Source of the DNA: Spirochaetia bacterium
Lineage (GTDB): Bacteria; Spirochaetota; Spirochaetia; CADAEX01
DNA: 64,000 bases
Direction of reading: 5' to 3'
Assembly: GCA_963662795.1 (NCBI GenBank)
Contig: OY759746.1
Coordinates: 2,688,001 to 2,752,000 of the forward strand
Shown: piece after piece, positions 60,850 through 64,000 of the stretch
How the letters are laid out: the number at the start of each line of letters is the position of its first letter
How positions within the stretch are numbered: the first letter of the stretch is position 1
Program-made: the position numbers and the translations under genes
The notes under the pieces: generated by a model
What the model saw: the letters and a program-made list of their open reading frames with translations, nothing else
Databases searched by the model: none
What the model was told of the DNA's origin: nothing

Positions 60850-63141
60850 ATGCAGGAACTTAAAACAGATAATACAAGAAAAGAGGTACTGGGAATCAAA
60901 GGCATGCACTGCGCAAGCTGTGCCGCAAATGTTGAAAGAACTGTCAGAAAAATTCCCGGCATCAGGGATATAAATGTAAATCTTACTGGTGAAAGGGCTG
61001 ATATCTGGCTTGAATCAGGAAAGGTGAGAATATCAGACATAAGGGAAGCGATTACAAAAGCCGGCTATATCCCGGTTGAGCTTGAAGATAGTGATGAAAA
61101 AGAGATAAGGAAAAACAGGGAATTGAAGGATATGGTAAAGGATTTTATCATATCAGCTGCGGCAGCCGTTCTCCTCTTTTATATTGCAATGGCACCCATG
61201 ACAGGGCTTAACCTCCCTTTTCCGTCGTTTATTGAGCCGATGACATATCCCCTTAACTACGGGATTGTCAGTTTACTCCTTGTCCTGCCTTCGCTTTATG
61301 CAGGAAGAAGGTTTTTTACTGCAGGCATTCCATCTCTTTTCAGGTTAAGCCCTAATATGGACAGCCTTGTGGCTGTAGGTGCTTCTGCCGCGATTTTATA
61401 CAGCATCGTTAATCTGGTTTTGATTGCTTCCGGAAGGACTTCTGCTGTAGAGCAGTTATACTTCGAAACTGCAGGAGTTATCATTACCCTTATTCTTCTC
61501 GGAAAAATTCTTGAGAGCAGGGCAAAAAGAAAAACAAGCCGCTCTATCAAGGCGCTGATGAATCTGACTCCGGATAGCGCGGTACGATTGGTTGATGGCA
61601 ATGAGAGGGAAACACCTGTTTCTGATCTTGAACCGGGAGACCTGATAAGGGTAAAACCCGGCGGCCGTATACCGGTTGACGGCATCATAACTGAAGGATA
61701 CAGCGCAGTTGATGAATCAATGCTTACAGGAGAAAGCCTGCCGGTTGAAAAAAATGCAGGATCAGCTGTCACAGGAGGCAGTATAAATAAAACAGGCAGT
61801 TTTATTTTCAGGGCAGAGCGTGTAGGACGTGACACTACACTCGCAAGGATTATCAGACTGGTGGAAGATGCCCAGAACAGTAAGGCTCCGATAGCGCATC
61901 TTGCCGATGAAGTTTCCGCATGGTTTGTCCCTGCCGTGATGCTTGCCGCACTGATTTCTGCGTCCGCATGGATGATTACAGGTGCGGGAATACCTTTCTC
62001 CATGACAGTTCTTACTGCCGTGCTGCTTATTGCATGTCCCTGCGCGCTTGGACTTGCCACTCCCACTGCCATAATGGTAGGCACCGGAAGGGGAGCCGAG
62101 CTTGGAATACTTGTGAAGACAGGTGAAGCACTGCAGACTGCAGCCGGCATAACTGCAGTCATTTTTGACAAGACCGGGACACTTACGGAAGGGAAACCTG
62201 TTGTTACCGACATTATACCACTCCGGATGAGTGAGGACGAATTTCTCTCTCTAATGGCATCGGCAGAGACCTCATCGGGACACCCCCTTGCAGAGGCTAT
62301 TGTCCGTAAAGCCGGCGAAAAGAAACTTGATCTTAACCCTTCGTCAGATTTTAACGCAATACCCGGCGGCGGCATCAGGGCTTCTGTCATTTCCGCCGGA
62401 GGCAGGGTTGAAGTGCTTGCCGGAACAAAAAAACTGCTTGGCAGGGAAGGAGTCAGGCTTGAATCATCAGAAGCGGAAGGTCTGTTTAAAAGAGGAGGTG
62501 AGCTTGCAGAGGATGGGAAAACTCCTATTTATATGGCCGTAAATGAAGCCGGGGAATGGATGGCCGCAGGGCTTGTCGCGATGAGCGACAGCTTAAAGCC
62601 CGGAAGCAGGGAAGCGGTAGCCGGGCTTAAAAAAATGGGAATAAAATCATATATGATAACCGGGGACAATGAAAAAGCGGCCCAGGTAATTGCGCTTGAA
62701 GCGGGAATTGAAGAAGTACGCGCGGAAGTACTGCCGGAAGACAAGGCTGCTGAAATTGTACGTCTGAGGGAACAGGGTTATATTGTTGCCATGGTAGGCG
62801 ACGGCATAAATGATGCGCCTGCCCTTGCAGCCGCGGATGTAGGCATCGCAATAGGAAGCGGCACTGATGTCGCGATCGAAAGCGCGGATATAATTCTTGT
62901 AAAAAGTGATGTGAGGGACGCTGCCGCAGCGATTATGTTATCCCGCGCTGTACTCGGCAACATAAAGCAGAATCTTTTCTGGGCATTTGCATATAATGTA
63001 CTGCTGATACCTGTAGCGGCCGGTGTTCTGACCCTTTTCGGCGGGCCGCTTTTAAATCCAATGTTTGCGGCGGGGGCAATGTCTCTCTCGTCTGTTTCAG
63101 TTGTAAGTAATGCATTAAGATTAAGGAGTTTCCGTAAATGA
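60850..63141 (+). CDS. copA: Copper-translocating P1B-type ATPase
   Basis: [36 protein letters not shown]; ATG 60850 with GGAGG RBS. Confidence 0.94.
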   Translation: MQELKTDNTRKEVLGIKGMHCASCAANVERTVRKIPGIRDINVNLTGERADIWLESGKVRISDIREAITKAGYIPVELEDSDEKEIRKNRELKDMVKDFIISAAAAVLLFYIAMAPMTGLNLPFPSFIEPMTYPLNYGIVSLLLVLPSLYAGRRFFTAGIPSLFRLSPNMDSLVAVGASAAILYSIVNLVLIASGRTSAVEQLYFETAGVIITLILLGKILESRAKRKTSRSIKALMNLTPDSAVRLVDGNERETPVSDLEPGDLIRVKPGGRIPVDGIITEGYSAVDESMLTGESLPVEKNAGSAVTGGSINKTGSFIFRAERVGRDTTLARIIRLVEDAQNSKAPIAHLADEVSAWFVPAVMLAALISASAWMITGAGIPFSMTVLTAVLLIACPCALGLATPTAIMVGTGRGAELGILVKTGEALQTAAGITAVIFDKTGTLTEGKPVVTDIIPLRMSEDEFLSLMASAETSSGHPLAEAIVRKAGEKKLDLNPSSDFNAIPGGGIRASVISAGGRVEVLAGTKKLLGREGVRLESSEAEGLFKRGGELAEDGKTPIYMAVNEAGEWMAAGLVAMSDSLKPGSREAVAGLKKMGIKSYMITGDNEKAAQVIALEAGIEEVRAEVLPEDKAAEIVRLREQGYIVAMVGDGINDAPALAAADVGIAIGSGTDVAIESADIILVKSDVRDAAAAIMLSRAVLGNIKQNLFWAFAYNVLLIPVAAGVLTLFGGPLLNPMFAAGAMSLSSVSVVSNALRLRSFRK

Positions 63142-63365
63142 AAAGGATAATATTTATGAGGCGGTGTTTGCCTTACTGAATGAAGTGACTAATGCATTAA
63201 GACTAAAGAGTTTCAAGAAATGAGGCGGAAAAGAAAAAACAGTTTTGTTTTATAGACCGAGTGTAGTTAGTAATGCTTTAAGACTAAAGAGTTTTCGCAA
63301 ATGAAAAGGAGAATATTTATGCGGAGGTTTTTGCCTTACTGAATGTGGTTACAAATGCCCTTTGA
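63100..63365 (+). repeat. Tandem array of diverged copA 3' ends (42-bp coding copy + 39-40-bp tail, period 81-82 bp)
   Basis: Copies start at 63100 ([13 protein letters not shown]), 63182 (EVTNALRLKSFKK*), 63263 ([13 protein letters not shown]) and 63345 (VVTNAL*). Tails 63142-63181 and 63305-63344 match at 36/40 positions. Confidence 0.9.
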
Positions 63366-63423
63366 AGTCAATGTGGACAGGTACAGCCTTACAGGTTAAA
63401 ATGGAGACAGACAGGAAAATAAC

Positions 63424-64000
63424 ATGTTTCCATTTTCAACACTATCGATAATATCCTCATCAATCCTGCTGGTGCTGCTATTTTATGTAATGTTCTATCA
63501 CCCCCGGTCAAGGCAGCTTTTTATCTTTATCCTCCTTACCCTCTCTACGCTGATATTAAGCGTTTCAAGCATATTTTTATATGTAGCCAAAGACCCGGAA
63601 GCAGCCTGGTTCTGGAACCGGTTTACCGCATCATCCTGGGTTCTTATTATTGGTTTGGGGATGCTTCTTGTTATATATTTATACCATGATAATGAAAGCT
63701 CTCCCCGGTATCTGATTCTGATGATAGTTGTCCCATCACTTTTTTTTCTCTACCGCGGGGTTACTGATGGTACAATGGCCAGCGAGTACCTTCCTGGCCC
63801 TTATGGATATTATCCTGTCTACCCTTTAAATTCTCCATGGCTTTATCTTTACATCCTTTATTGTATCCAGTTTATCGTATTCAACTATTATTACCTGATA
63901 AGAAAATACCGCAATTCCAAAAAGCAGAGAATACGCACTCAGGCCCTGATCTACATGGCAGCAGTGTCGGTACCGGTTTTATTCGCATCTTTTTTCGAGA
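63424..64000 (+). CDS. Membrane sensor protein with N-terminal 7TM (HisKA_7TM-like) domain, truncated by the window edge
   Basis: Not in the ORF track. Open frame from ATG 63424: MFPFSTLSIISSSILLVLLFYV...AAWFWNRF...GYYPVY...KYRNSKKQRIRTQA; several hydrophobic helices. Confidence 0.7.
   Translation, partial: MFPFSTLSIISSSILLVLLFYVMFYHPRSRQLFIFILLTLSTLILSVSSIFLYVAKDPEAAWFWNRFTASSWVLIIGLGMLLVIYLYHDNESSPRYLILMIVVPSLFFLYRGVTDGTMASEYLPGPYGYYPVYPLNSPWLYLYILYCIQFIVFNYYYLIRKYRNSKKQRIRTQALIYMAAVSVPVLFASFFE

Noticed and set aside
61296-62390. 364-aa antisense ORF inside copA
   Set aside because: Shadow ORF on the opposite strand of a conserved gene; no independent motifs.
717-63115. Numerous short ORF-track entries overlapping confident genes on other frames or strands
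   Set aside because: No motif support, and they are overlapped by well-supported CDSs.
63100-63365. CRISPR array interpretation of the repeat-spacer pattern after copA
   Set aside because: The repeats are copies of coding sequence varying mainly at synonymous sites, two of the three spacers are near-identical, and there are no cas genes or leader in the window.
1-64000. Prophage, IS element, integrase, defence system, rRNA or tRNA genes
   Set aside because: No recognisable motifs by eye; small RNAs could be missed without covariance-model searches.

Overview
Bacterial chromosomal window, standard genetic code, gene-dense. It probably comes from an anaerobic diderm organism; the outer-membrane barrels, lipobox and gene set look Spirochaetota-like, but that is inference only. 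Content is mostly core and accessory metabolism: GH57 + GT4 glycogen genes, glgP, pgm, UvrD helicase, Lrp-gcvT-H-PA-PB, hisI-hisG, eda, a complete arginine-to-spermidine cluster (speA / CASDH-nspC-speB), a cytoplasmic [FeFe]-hydrogenase-chemoreceptor fusion, a DEAD-box helicase with a long RS/RG tail, MarR-ablAB (N-epsilon-acetyl-beta-lysine), a 1852-aa single-chain biotin carboxylase, a GNAT-deacetylase fusion, an OMP pseudogene, a TetR locus with visible operators, sigma-54-type amtB-glnK, tpx and copA. I recognised no rRNA, tRNA, transposase, integrase or CRISPR array. The most unusual signal is at 63100-63365. There the last 14 codons of copA recur in tandem (about 82-bp period), diverged mostly at synonymous sites, with 39-40-bp tails between them. 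A tail joined to the coding copy forms a dyad centred on a GT dinucleotide. This resembles stacked, non-autonomous mini integrative elements or att scars that each replace the 3' end of copA. All calls come from reading motifs by eye; no searches were run.
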